From Raphidiopsis brookii D9 (GTDB taxonomy: Bacteria > Cyanobacteriota > Cyanobacteriia > Cyanobacteriales > Nostocaceae): a stretch of DNA of 32,000 nucleotides. The stretch spans positions 60,001 to 92,000 of the forward strand of contig ACYB01000046.1 of NCBI GenBank assembly GCA_000175855.1. The letters run 5' to 3'. This document shows positions 1 through 13,265 of the stretch, piece by piece. Position numbers and translations under genes: made by a program. Each line of letters begins with the position of its first letter. Position 1 is the first letter of the stretch. The notes under the pieces were generated by a model, which made no database searches, was not told the DNA's origin, and was given only the letters and a program-made list of their open reading frames with translations.

Positions 1-387
1 CGCTTGAACTGTAGCACCAGCGGGTACACCCAAGGAGTTGTAGGTTTCTTTCAAACCGTTTAATACACGCTCATCTAGGATGGAAGCATCTCCAGCTAAC
101 ATGGCGTAGGTAGAATAACGCAAGTAGTAATCCAAATCACGGATACAAGCTGCGTAGCGGCGAGTGGTGTACATGTTACCACCGGGACGGGTAATATCCG
201 AGTACAACAGGGACTTAGCTACAGCTTCTTTTACGATCGCAGCAGCATTAGCACTGATGGTGGTAGCTGCACGCACGCGCAGTTCACCAGTCGCAAAGTA
301 GCCTTTCAGCTTTTCTAGAGCAGCGGTGTCCAGGTATTTACCTTGAACGTCAGAAGAATTAATTACAGAGGTAATAGCGTCTTGCAT
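1..387 (-). CDS. apcB: Allophycocyanin beta subunit (3' part outside window)
   Basis: Reverse-strand translation from the ATG at 387 reads [56 protein letters not shown]...[52 protein letters not shown], typical ApcB. Lies directly downstream of apcA. Confidence 0.96.
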   Translation of the reverse strand, partial: MQDAITSVINSSDVQGKYLDTAALEKLKGYFATGELRVRAATTISANAAAIVKEAVAKSLLYSDITRPGGNMYTTRRYAACIRDLDYYLRYSTYAMLAGDASILDERVLNGLKETYNSLGVPAGATVQA

Positions 388-455
388 TGTTGTTATTTCC
401 TTATTTCCAACCTGATTGCAAAAGTTTTCGGTTCTAGCTGTGGAATCGCTCTAAC

Positions 456-941
456 CTATGACATTGCACCAACAACGTAGTCGAAGTAAGCACCTGCTTC
501 AGCTGAGTCTTCAGCGGACAACAGAGTAGCAGCAACGGATTTCATTGCAGCAACGCCACCAGCTACAGCGTCAATGGGAGTACCCAAAGACTTGTACATT
601 TCACGAACACCAACGATACCGATTTCTTCGATGGGGGTAACATCTCCAGAAACGATTCCGTAGGTTACAAGACGCAAGTAGTAGTCTAGGTCACGAAGAC
701 AGGTAGCTGTCATTTCTTGACCGTAAGCGTTACCACCGGGAGAAACAACATCAGGGCGCTTTTGGAACAATTGGTCGCCAGCTTGCTTAACGATGCGCTC
801 CCGGTTGTCGGTCAATACTTGGGCAATACGAAGACGTGCTGCACCACCGGAAACAAAGCTCTTAATCCGATCTAACTCACCAGGGCTGAGGTAGCGAGCT
901 TCTGCATCAGCATTCACGATGGACTTCGTGACGATACTCAT
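456..941 (-). CDS. apcA: Allophycocyanin alpha subunit
   Basis: 161 aa, [30 protein letters not shown]...[29 protein letters not shown], with the phycobiliprotein chromophore Cys motif. Upstream of apcB. Confidence 0.97.
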   Translation of the reverse strand: MSIVTKSIVNADAEARYLSPGELDRIKSFVSGGAARLRIAQVLTDNRERIVKQAGDQLFQKRPDVVSPGGNAYGQEMTATCLRDLDYYLRLVTYGIVSGDVTPIEEIGIVGVREMYKSLGTPIDAVAGGVAAMKSVAATLLSAEDSAEAGAYFDYVVGAMS

Positions 942-1248
942 TAATGGATTCCTCCAAAACTAATGACACCAGGTTTGAAACTGGTAGGATTTTCATTGGT
1001 CGATAGCAGTTTTGTATCTTAATACATTCTGGGTTACATTTGCTCCCCACATGTGAAGAAGTTACCAAATTTTTCTATCCTTCCGGAAAATATTTTCCAG
1101 CATTATGTTGAGCATTTATTACTGCTCTTAACACTTTGTAATATTTTTTTTCACAATCGCTCATTTTCCGGGTTTTGGGTCTGGGGAATTGTAAAACAGG
1201 CGTAACTTTACCTGTCACTACCTGTCCTATTTATTCCCCCCATCTACC

Positions 1249-4674
<3,426 letters not shown>

Positions 4675-4906
4675 TTAAGTCTGGGTTGTTTTGCGGCTTG
4701 ATATACTTGACATATTGGTATTTTTATGCTTATCTCGCCTACAAAACTGCCAGTAAATTAACCCAGTCAATTTTTAGATTAGAACTTTTTGTGGTAACGC
4801 TGTTGATTTATTAAGAAGTGTGACAATTTTGTGATTTATTCATTGATTTCAATTTCTCCTTAATAATGCTAAAATGGGGGGAGTTGGGATGGATAAAGAG
4901 ACAGTT

Positions 4907-5338
4907 ATGAATTCCTCACTGTACCATGATGATTTTGTGCTGTGGACCCAAGAGCAGGTAAAAAAGCTGGAAGATAAGGATGTGGATGGTATTGACTGGA
5001 TAAATATTAGGGAGGAGATAAGTACTTTGGGACGCAGTGAGAAACAAGCCCTGCAAAACCGCTTAGAAGTCCTATTGGAACATCTACTAAAAAGATGCTA
5101 TGTAAATAATATTTATGACAACCGAGGTTGGGAGTTAACTATTAAAGAACAACGTAGACAAATTAAGCGATTATTAGCAGTATCACCCAGTCTCAAGAAC
5201 TATTTGGGGGAGGTTTTCCCAGAAACCTGGGAGGATGCCATATCAGATATAAGGGATATATATCCTGGTGTTGAACTCCCCATAACCTGTCCTTTCCCCC
5301 AAGAACGATTATTAACCGATTGTTTTTGGAACCAGTAG
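4907..5338 (+). CDS. DUF29 family protein
   Basis: The ORF track starts at 4874. The homologous part likely starts at the ATG at 4907 (MNSSLYHDDFVLWTQEQVKKLEDKDVDGIDWINIREEISTLGRSEKQALQNRLEVLLEHLLKRCY), the usual DUF29 pattern. Confidence 0.82.
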   Translation: MNSSLYHDDFVLWTQEQVKKLEDKDVDGIDWINIREEISTLGRSEKQALQNRLEVLLEHLLKRCYVNNIYDNRGWELTIKEQRRQIKRLLAVSPSLKNYLGEVFPETWEDAISDIRDIYPGVELPITCPFPQERLLTDCFWNQ

Positions 5339-5352
5339 TGGTAGGTAAATCC

Positions 5353-7137
5353 TTACTTCCTCTTCCTAGAAAAATAATCCTCCAGAACTTCCAAAATCAT
5401 TGGTGCAGCAACACTACCACCACCACCACCAGAATGTTCCGCAAAAGCGACAATAACAATTTCTGGTTTGTCTGCAGGTGCATAAGCACCAAACCAAGCA
5501 TGATTTTCTTTCACCTTATTCCTCCATGCTTCCGCAGTACCACTTTTACCAGCTACTGGGGGAATGGTAGGTTTATTTAAAACCTTACCTGTACCTTCAG
5601 ATACTACCTTTCGTAAACCATCCCGTAGGATCTTAATAGTTATAGGCTTCATATTTAATGAATCACGCCATTTTTTAGCATCTCCATTATCTTTTATCAA
5701 GTGTGGCTTCACTCTGTAGCCATTATTAGCAGGTACAGCAAACATAACTGCCACCTGCAAAGGTGTTGTGAGAAGCGCACCTTGTCCGATGGTCATATTA
5801 ATAGTATCACCTATACTCCAGGGAATTTTCCAAGCCCTCTGTTTCCAATTGTCATCAGGTACTAAACCCCTAGATTCTTCTGTGACAAAATCAAAGCCAG
5901 TTTTTTTCCCAAATCCATACTTACGGGTCCATTCAATCAATGTGGGACCACCAATACCTTTGCCAATTTGATAGAAAAAAGTATCACTACTCCACTGCAT
6001 TGCACCTACAAAACCAAGGGGACCAAATCCCGCATGATTCCACTCTCCAAATCTAGTTCCACCAATAGTTAAAGAACCATAGGTTTGTAACACAGTATCA
6101 GGAGCAAACTTGCCTGATTCTATGGCCGCTGCAGTGGTAACAATTTTGAAGGTACTAGCAGGGGGAAACGCACTCAAAGCTCTATTAACTAGAGGGTGAC
6201 CCGCACCCTGCACACTTTCCCAGTCTCGCTGAGAAAGTCTTTGTTTAGAGAAAACATTGGGATCAAACGTAGGATGGGACACCATGGCCAAAACTTCACC
6301 ATTATTGGGGTTAAGAGCAACTATTGTTCCATTACGCCGACCCAAAGCTTTTTCAGCGGCTTTTTGGATATCTAAATCTATAGTTAAGTGTAAATCGTTA
6401 CCTGCCCTGGCTTCTTTTTGACCTAACACCCGTAGGGGTCTACCAGCTCCATCGACTTCTACCTGCTGACCACCCCATTCTCCTCGCAGTGTTTTTTCGT
6501 GAGCTTTTTCCACCCCCATTTGACCAATCACATCACCAAGACGATAACCTTCCGGTCTACGCTTTTTCAGTTGCTCTGCCGTTAATTCACGCGTATAACC
6601 AAGCACATGAGCCAATTTTCCTCCATGGGGATAGTATCTCACAGCATCGGTATTTATTTCTACGTTTGGCAATTCCGTGGCATATTCCTTTAAAGCTGTA
6701 ATTTGAGCTTCATTTAAATGACGAGCGATACGAACTAGAGAAGACGAATAAGCTCCAGCTTGTTCCAGCTTATCTTCTATGTCTACCTGGGGAATATTGA
6801 GAATTCTCGATAAACGAGGACCAACAACAGACCAAGATGGTTTAGTGTGTGCCATGGGCCACAAATAAGCTGATCTTGGGTAGCGGGTACTAGCTAATAG
6901 TTTGCCATTACGGTCAAAAATATTTCCTCTTTCTGGTTGTTTGGCGATTATTCGGACTCGGTTAGACTCTGCGCGCACCCGCATTTTAGGTCCTTGAATA
7001 ATTTGTAAGTAGACCAACCGAGCAGTAATACCAGAGAGCATTAACAAGGTGAATAGTATTAAGTATATGGACTGTGGACCACGCCCTATGGTGCGGTCAC
7101 TTTTTTGATTGTTTACTGGACCTGGTAATGTAATCAT
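5353..7137 (-). CDS. mrdA: Penicillin-binding protein 2 (peptidoglycan D,D-transpeptidase)
   Basis: The ORF extends to 7206, but the internal ATG at 7137 (MITLPGPVNNQ...) gives a more typical short N-terminus before the TM helix. It has a PBP dimerisation region, an STFK active-site motif (PPASTFKIVT) and KSGTAE. Confidence 0.9.
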   Translation of the reverse strand: MITLPGPVNNQKSDRTIGRGPQSIYLILFTLLMLSGITARLVYLQIIQGPKMRVRAESNRVRIIAKQPERGNIFDRNGKLLASTRYPRSAYLWPMAHTKPSWSVVGPRLSRILNIPQVDIEDKLEQAGAYSSSLVRIARHLNEAQITALKEYATELPNVEINTDAVRYYPHGGKLAHVLGYTRELTAEQLKKRRPEGYRLGDVIGQMGVEKAHEKTLRGEWGGQQVEVDGAGRPLRVLGQKEARAGNDLHLTIDLDIQKAAEKALGRRNGTIVALNPNNGEVLAMVSHPTFDPNVFSKQRLSQRDWESVQGAGHPLVNRALSAFPPASTFKIVTTAAAIESGKFAPDTVLQTYGSLTIGGTRFGEWNHAGFGPLGFVGAMQWSSDTFFYQIGKGIGGPTLIEWTRKYGFGKKTGFDFVTEESRGLVPDDNWKQRAWKIPWSIGDTINMTIGQGALLTTPLQVAVMFAVPANNGYRVKPHLIKDNGDAKKWRDSLNMKPITIKILRDGLRKVVSEGTGKVLNKPTIPPVAGKSGTAEAWRNKVKENHAWFGAYAPADKPEIVIVAFAEHSGGGGGSVAAPMILEVLEDYFSRKRK

Positions 7138-7234
7138 GATGAACAGGAAAGTATGAGATATGGAATATGTATTATTTAAAAACAAGAGTGGACTACAATT
7201 TTCCACTCTGGTTTAATGTTAATGGTTAATGTGG

Positions 7235-7972
7235 TTAATCACCGGATGAGAAAAATAAAGGTAAGAGGAAAGCAGCAATAGTTCCCAATATCACTAGTAA
7301 TTCAATCAAACTTAAAATCGTGTTACTTTGTAGCAACTGATAAAAGTTTGCCAGGCTTGGCCTGTAATTATTAGTAACAGACCAATTACGTAAACGAGTT
7401 AACCAGTGTTTGGGACTGTCTTGAGTTCGCACTTGCCATGAAATCATGGAAAGCAGTAGTGGGGCACCACCAACTTTAGCAGACATTAACAGGTGTATAG
7501 CTAAAGAGCAAATTAGAATTAACCATGCTGTTAAATGGCAATAATACCAAATATGATCCAATTCTCCCAGTGGTAACCATTCTTCTTTCATCATTCTTCC
7601 AGATGTTGCTGCTAAAACTGCAGCAATTAACATAAAGGTGTTTGCCAAACGTTGTAAACTTACCCACCAAATTGGTTGATTAAATTGATTAAGCTGGGAT
7701 ATTTTCTGTAGCGAGTCAGCTTGCAATAAACGCATTTTTCCGCCATGGAAGCTATAAAGTGAAAACACGGGTAATAAGAGTAAGAATAGTAAAGCAACAG
7801 TACCGTGTATATCTTGAATGGGATTTATTTTGGGGATGGGAAGACTGCCAAATCTTTTATCGAAAGTATTATATACTAAAAATCCGGTAATAATTGCAGC
7901 AAGCACTAAAATCCCACTCAAGGAGTGTAGAATCCTCAAAATTACCGGTTGATATGGTGTTGAACGACTCAT
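7235..7972 (-). CDS. Membrane protein, cytochrome b561-like / bacterial diheme b-type domain
   Basis: 245 aa with four or more hydrophobic segments and His residues placed in or near helices (RILHSLSG, QDIHGTVALLF, CHLTAWLILICSLAIHLL). Confidence 0.7.
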   Translation of the reverse strand: MSRSTPYQPVILRILHSLSGILVLAAIITGFLVYNTFDKRFGSLPIPKINPIQDIHGTVALLFLLLLPVFSLYSFHGGKMRLLQADSLQKISQLNQFNQPIWWVSLQRLANTFMLIAAVLAATSGRMMKEEWLPLGELDHIWYYCHLTAWLILICSLAIHLLMSAKVGGAPLLLSMISWQVRTQDSPKHWLTRLRNWSVTNNYRPSLANFYQLLQSNTILSLIELLVILGTIAAFLLPLFFSSGD

Positions 7973-8020
7973 GAGTTAATCTTGGGCGTGTTGGTGTTAA
8001 TTTCTGGTATTATAATCTAA

Positions 8021-9847
8021 TCATTCCAATAGTTCCGGAATATGATCATAACCATCAACACCAATCACAGAGACGATTTTGGCTCGGTTTTTTCCCAGCA
8101 GCTCTTGAAAGCTATCCTTACCTATTTGTCTGATTATATTTTTCAATAGCAATGCTGGTTTGTGCCATTCTTGAGATGCGATTTGCTCTAATAGGTACAC
8201 AGCTAGGGAACCTGTATAAACTGCTTTCTCAAAATTCAACAAGTGATAATAGGTTTCTGATAAGTAGGCTAGGTTACAACCTTGGGTATATAAGTCTCCC
8301 GTAACCTGGGCAGCTCTAAAACCCATTTCTAAATATTTGATTGCTGTTTGATGTTGTTCGATGACTAAGTGAGCAATACCTAGACTGCTAAAACACAAGG
8401 ACTGGGTGGCAAGATCTTGTAATTTTTCCGCCAGTTTTAGTCCTCTCTCCAGGTAATTAATTGCCGATTCGTAAATTTCAGGTTCTAGGTTTTCCAATTC
8501 CCTTCCCTGCATAACTTCGCTGTAACCCAGATTTACTAAGGCGTTACTTTCTCCGGTTTTATCTCCCTTTTGTCTGCTTAGTATTAAGGCTCTTTGACTA
8601 TAATTTATTGCCTCTGCATAGTTCTTACTCTGCACATAAGTACGGGCTAAATGATTCAAATTAGCAATTTCGCAGGGTGTGTCTTCACCATTCCTGGCAA
8701 TTTCTAAGGCCTGTTCATGAAAATTTAAGGAGCGAGAATAATTACCCATAGCACGCTGAGAATAACCTAACAAAGTTAAAATTCTGGCTTTTTCCTGTGT
8801 ACGTGCTACGGTGTTTAATGGTGCATCCAAATAATCCAGCGCATCTCGCAAGTAACCACCCCAAAAGGAAGCAAAAATTCCCCCATAAAGGGGAAAATAG
8901 GAACGCTGGGCAAAAGCTCGCAATATTTGTAGAACGATTTGCGATGCACCATCCCTATATTTAGCTTTTTGATTCTCCCAACCGTATGCTAGCTGACTCC
9001 AGATGATAGCAAAGGTTAAAAATGTGGCTATGGATAATTTTGGACCAGCTTGAATATCGTAAACCTGCTGGTCAAACCAACTAACTAAACCTCTTTGTAG
9101 AAATTGTAAGATTATTGCCAGTTCCACCCAATCGCTTAAACTAATTCCTTGCTGCTTTTGAGCAAATTCTATGGCCGAATCTTCCATGGACAGAGTTTGA
9201 AACAATGATTGCGGTACTTCACTTTTCACCAATTTTGCCCAACTGGCCCAAGGACCACTTTCCCCCGGTATCCCACCAAATCCCAGCAAGTTTTTTTGTT
9301 CATACATCCAACTTAATAGGTTTTCTTGTATCCGTTGCCAACTACTAATACCTCGCCTGATTCCCTCACATATTTCTTTTATATCTCCATTAACTGTACT
9401 AAACTGATCTAATGATTTAGCTATTTGTTGCAGTTGGGATAGGTTTAAAGCATGTTTTTGATTGGGATCTAAATATCGTAAAAATTCAGTTAAATTTTCC
9501 TCAGTACTAGCACTGACAATTTCTCTTACTGCTAATGTAATTATCTCTGTGGACTGGTTTTGCTCCTCCCAACGCTGCCATTGGCTTTGAACCGTTCTTA
9601 TTGCCCTTAAACTACGATTGGCTTTGCCTTTTTTTGTCTCATCTTTCTCATTTTCTACTTGAATTTGTATATCCCTAGTGCGATCGCTCAGAGCTAATTC
9701 AAATATTTCCCCCGTACCCACACTTATACCATTGAGTAACATTTGGTAAATTTGATCCACGGAGCTAATTTTGCCTTTTAGTGTGTTATTGACTATCTCA
9801 TCGATTAAAGCTAGGTAGCGATCGCGTAAAGGAAGAGATTCAGACAT
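8021..9847 (-). CDS. Tetratricopeptide-repeat protein with a long uncharacterised N-terminal region
   Basis: 608 aa. The C-terminal ~240 aa contain TPR-type repeats (LGYSQRAMGNYSRSLNFHEQALEIAR; LARTYVQSKNYAEAINYSQRALILSR; ALVNLGYSEVM...AINYLERGLKLAEKL). Confidence 0.8.
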   Translation of the reverse strand: MSESLPLRDRYLALIDEIVNNTLKGKISSVDQIYQMLLNGISVGTGEIFELALSDRTRDIQIQVENEKDETKKGKANRSLRAIRTVQSQWQRWEEQNQSTEIITLAVREIVSASTEENLTEFLRYLDPNQKHALNLSQLQQIAKSLDQFSTVNGDIKEICEGIRRGISSWQRIQENLLSWMYEQKNLLGFGGIPGESGPWASWAKLVKSEVPQSLFQTLSMEDSAIEFAQKQQGISLSDWVELAIILQFLQRGLVSWFDQQVYDIQAGPKLSIATFLTFAIIWSQLAYGWENQKAKYRDGASQIVLQILRAFAQRSYFPLYGGIFASFWGGYLRDALDYLDAPLNTVARTQEKARILTLLGYSQRAMGNYSRSLNFHEQALEIARNGEDTPCEIANLNHLARTYVQSKNYAEAINYSQRALILSRQKGDKTGESNALVNLGYSEVMQGRELENLEPEIYESAINYLERGLKLAEKLQDLATQSLCFSSLGIAHLVIEQHQTAIKYLEMGFRAAQVTGDLYTQGCNLAYLSETYYHLLNFEKAVYTGSLAVYLLEQIASQEWHKPALLLKNIIRQIGKDSFQELLGKNRAKIVSVIGVDGYDHIPELLE

Positions 9848-9911
9848 AAGGGAGGTTAGAAACAGGTGAAGATAGAAATCCTATAGACATAATAACATTG
9901 TTAGAACATTC

Positions 9912-10796
9912 TTAGATATTGGATATGGCAACGTTCTTTAAAATATTCATGGGGCCAATGTCCTTAACCAGCTGCATTTGTGCAGAATTTTTAACCAATA
10001 AACTACCTGCAAAGCCAAGGGAATTGACAGGAATGGAGACAAAATCCTCCTTTAATCTTGGTACAACCAACATCCAATTTCGGGTTGCCAGAAAATTGTA
10101 AGCTGCGGACTGTTTACGATCATCATTTGCTGTAATGCTAACTATGTCTAACAAAGCATAATACTTAGACAGGATGTCTTGAGGAGTTTGATCGGGGGAA
10201 AAAGTAGTAAAAGCATGAAGGAAAGGAAATGCTGGTATGGTAGTAATCCCATTTTCCAAGTCAGCTGTAGTCAATAATGGTGCTATGGGAATTTCATTTC
10301 CAGCTAGGGGAATAATTTGTAAATGTTTATGGCGCTGACTAGCACCAGCAACTTTACCACCATTATAGAATGCCAGTCCATCAAATTCAGCTAAACAGGC
10401 CCACATAGCTGCAAAATCTTCCCCAGTCAGCAGACTTTCCTGCTCTACGAAAGCACGAGTAATAATCAATAGGTGATAATCAACCACATTGAACTTATTC
10501 AATATACAAACATGAGTTTCTGAGATATCAGCTACAAATAGATCTTCTTGATATGGCAAAAAAGGGTTAAATTCCGTTCCGGAAACCTTAATAATTTGGT
10601 CTTGTTTTTTTTGGGCAGTTTGTTTGTGATTCAGGTTAGACAAGATTCGTACTAAAAAGATTACTCCATCTTGTTCAACAAATTCGGACTCGGTAGATAT
10701 GGGTATGAGTGCACCGCACTCTAAAGCATGGTGAGTAGTTTCTTTGAGTTTTTTCCACAATGTCCCAGGAGGGAGTAAGATTTGATTGTATGCCAT
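9912..10796 (-). CDS. ATP adenylyltransferase / Ap4A phosphorylase family
   Basis: 294 aa, with a HIT-like signature (YNGGKVAGASQRHKHLQIIPL) and NLVVTRPF-like ATRNWMLVVPR. Confidence 0.88.
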   Translation of the reverse strand: MAYNQILLPPGTLWKKLKETTHHALECGALIPISTESEFVEQDGVIFLVRILSNLNHKQTAQKKQDQIIKVSGTEFNPFLPYQEDLFVADISETHVCILNKFNVVDYHLLIITRAFVEQESLLTGEDFAAMWACLAEFDGLAFYNGGKVAGASQRHKHLQIIPLAGNEIPIAPLLTTADLENGITTIPAFPFLHAFTTFSPDQTPQDILSKYYALLDIVSITANDDRKQSAAYNFLATRNWMLVVPRLKEDFVSIPVNSLGFAGSLLVKNSAQMQLVKDIGPMNILKNVAISNI

Positions 10797-10822
10797 GAGT
10801 TAAGAAAACGATTCTGGGAGAG

Positions 10823-11146
10823 ATGAAAGTTATTTTTTTGTACGTTACATGTAAGGATCGAGATGAAGCCCTTAGTATAGGTAAACTATTAGTACAAGAG
10901 CGTCTTGTGGCATGTGCTAACATAGTAGACAATATGAATAGTATCTACTGGTGGAATGGTGAAGTTCAGATGGAAAAAGAAGCAATTTTAATTATGAAAT
11001 CCCGCCAAGACCTATTTGCACAAGTAAAGGATAAGATAGATTCCGTACATTCTTATGATACACCTTGTATTGTGGCTATGCCAATTGATTATATAAGTGA
11101 AACTTACTTAAGCTGGCTAATTAAAGAAACAGAAACATTGAACTAG
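10823..11146 (+). CDS. cutA: Divalent-cation tolerance protein CutA
   Basis: 107 aa, with VTCKDRDEALSIGKLLVQERLVACANIV, SIYWWNGEVQMEKEAILIMKSR and TPCIVAMPI, the classic CutA pattern. Confidence 0.95.
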   Translation: MKVIFLYVTCKDRDEALSIGKLLVQERLVACANIVDNMNSIYWWNGEVQMEKEAILIMKSRQDLFAQVKDKIDSVHSYDTPCIVAMPIDYISETYLSWLIKETETLN

Positions 11147-11152
11147 ATTGAA

Positions 11153-11929
11153 TTAATTCAAAAACTGCATAGCATCATTGAAAAATTGACGATATAGATA
11201 TCTAGTAATCAAAATTGCCGTTAGTAAATTAACCAGAACTACCATAAAAACGATGAGAATTTGGTATGATAAGGCTTCTAGGGGTGAGATACCTGTCAGT
11301 AACTGTCCACTGCTAAAAGTAGGTATGGTTACCATCCCCATTAACATCATTTGATTAAGTGTAGGAAAAAGAGCTGATCTAATTGCGTCTCGGCGATATT
11401 GACCAATAGCTTGTTGTGGCGTTGCGCCTAAACTGAGATGGGTTTCGATTTCTTGAGGAAATTGACGAATACTGCTAACTAATCTTTCCCCTGCTACTGC
11501 TGCTGCATTCATGGCATTAGCAAGCAATATGGCGGATATAGGAATTAAATAACGTGGTTCATACCATCTATCAGGTTTAATAATCAAAAAGTTTATATAA
11601 ATAAGAATTAGTGATGTACTGACAAAAATAGTTGTCCAAACCAGGGGAAGTAAGAAAGAAACTTTTGTACTGATACGATTTGTGGCTACAATAGATGTAA
11701 TGGTCAACATAACCAGGAAAAACCCCCCAATAACCCAAACATTATCAGTGGCAAAAACGAAATCTAAAACGTATGCCAACACGACCAACTGGAAAAAGCT
11801 TCGCAACCCTGCTATAACTAGGTTTAATTCCAGTCCCAATTTTTCCCAGATGGATAAACCAATGGTAATAGCCATTAAACCCAGAGCAAAACCCAAATCC
11901 GTAATGTCCAACTTAATTAAATCTGACAT
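11153..11929 (-). CDS. fetB: FetB/YbbM (UPF0014) family ABC-type permease, putative iron export
   Basis: 258 aa polytopic protein. IPISAILLANAMNAAAVAGERL...EIETHLSLGATPQQAI and MVTIPTFSSGQLLTGISPLEALSYQILIVFM are typical of this family. Confidence 0.8.
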   Translation of the reverse strand: MSDLIKLDITDLGFALGLMAITIGLSIWEKLGLELNLVIAGLRSFFQLVVLAYVLDFVFATDNVWVIGGFFLVMLTITSIVATNRISTKVSFLLPLVWTTIFVSTSLILIYINFLIIKPDRWYEPRYLIPISAILLANAMNAAAVAGERLVSSIRQFPQEIETHLSLGATPQQAIGQYRRDAIRSALFPTLNQMMLMGMVTIPTFSSGQLLTGISPLEALSYQILIVFMVVLVNLLTAILITRYLYRQFFNDAMQFLN

Positions 11930-12073
11930 ATTTTAGTAATACTAGTATATGACCAATAAATATAATAAATAGTATGACTAACTAGTACAATTAGAATAGG
12001 CGAAAACAATAGCCATTCCTATTAAAATAATACTTTTCGGTCTGATCCCTATCCCGCAATTACGATAAAAACC

Positions 12074-13222
12074 ATGATCCAAGGCGTAAATTCCGTTCCC
12101 GCATTTGATATCAAACAGCAGTATTTGACCATCGAGTCAAAAATTAGTCGCGCTGTATTAGAAGTTCTCAGTTCTGGACGTTATATTGGTGGACCCGGGG
12201 TGGAGGAGTTTGAAAAGCAATTTGCTGCTTATCATGGTGTTAACGAGTGTGTAGCTTGTAATTCCGGTACTGATGCCTTGTATTTATCGCTACGGGCTTT
12301 GGATATCGGGGCGGGGGACGAGGTGATTACCACATCCTTTAGCTTTTTTGCAACTACGGAAGTGATTAGTGCAGTAGGGGCTATACCTGTGTTTGTAGAT
12401 ATTGACCCTACTACGTTTAATTTGGATGTGAGCAAAATTTCAGCAGCTATTACCAAAAAAACTAAAGCTATAATGCCCGTACACCTGTTTGGGTTACCTG
12501 TGGATATGACAGCTTTGATGGAGATTGCTCACTCCCATAACTTAGCTGTTATTGAGGATTGCGCTCAAGCTACAGGTGCGAGTTGGGAGGGACAAAAGGT
12601 TGGCAGTATAGGAAAGATAGGGTGTTTTAGCTTTTATCCTACCAAAAATTTGGGGGGTTGTGGTGATGGGGGAGCAATTACCACTAACGATAGAGAAATA
12701 GCGGACAAAATTAGACTATTAAAAGAACATGGTAGCAAAACAAGATATATTCATGAGGAAGTGGGTGTAAATAGTCGTTTAGATGCTCTCCAAGCTGCAA
12801 TCCTCCAAATCAAACTACCCTATTTGGATATTTGGAATGAACAACGGCAAAAAATAGCCACCTATTATTATCAACACCTAGGACAAATTTCTGGGATTAC
12901 CCCACCCCAAGAATTATTGGGGGGGATAGGAGTTTGGAATCAATATACTATTCGCGTTTCCGGTCAAGAGAGAAATGGTGCTAGTTCCAAATATAGGGAC
13001 TGGGTGAAAACTGCGCTAGAAGAAAGGGGAGTGAGCACCATGGTCTATTACCCTGTACCTTTACACTTGCAACCAGTATATAAATGTTTAGGTTATGAGT
13101 GTGGAAAATTGCCAGTTTCTGAAGCAGCTTGTGATCAAGTTATATCCTTACCTATGTTCCCAGAACTGACTCAGGAACAGCAAGACAGGGTTATTTATGG
13201 CTTGAAAGACTGTTTGAGTTAG
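12074..13222 (+). CDS. DegT/DnrJ/EryC1/StrS family PLP-dependent aminotransferase (sugar aminotransferase-like)
   Basis: 382 aa, with ACNSGTDALYLSLRALDIGAGDEVITTSFSFFAT, EDCAQATGA and SFYPTKNLGGCGDGGAI (PLP-Lys motif). Confidence 0.93.
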   Translation: MIQGVNSVPAFDIKQQYLTIESKISRAVLEVLSSGRYIGGPGVEEFEKQFAAYHGVNECVACNSGTDALYLSLRALDIGAGDEVITTSFSFFATTEVISAVGAIPVFVDIDPTTFNLDVSKISAAITKKTKAIMPVHLFGLPVDMTALMEIAHSHNLAVIEDCAQATGASWEGQKVGSIGKIGCFSFYPTKNLGGCGDGGAITTNDREIADKIRLLKEHGSKTRYIHEEVGVNSRLDALQAAILQIKLPYLDIWNEQRQKIATYYYQHLGQISGITPPQELLGGIGVWNQYTIRVSGQERNGASSKYRDWVKTALEERGVSTMVYYPVPLHLQPVYKCLGYECGKLPVSEAACDQVISLPMFPELTQEQQDRVIYGLKDCLS

Positions 13223-13238
13223 TTTAACCGACAGAAGC

Positions 13239-13265
13239 CCCACGTCTCACTCTTAGAAGCGTGGG
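13239..13265. terminator. Possible hairpin (weak bidirectional terminator) between the convergent DegT and DUF561 genes
   Basis: CCCACG (13239..13244) and CGTGGG (13260..13265) around a 15-nt loop, overlapping the DUF561 stop. No clear T-tract. Confidence 0.3.

Noticed and set aside
5401-5440. Short tandem CCACCA run near the PBP2 C-terminus
   Set aside because: Encodes the Gly-rich GGGGGGSVAA stretch. Simple codon repetition, not a repeat array.
5320-5580. 86-aa plus-strand ORF over the 3' end of PBP2
   Set aside because: Overlaps both the DUF29 end and the PBP2 C-terminus (antisense) and has no plausible protein features.
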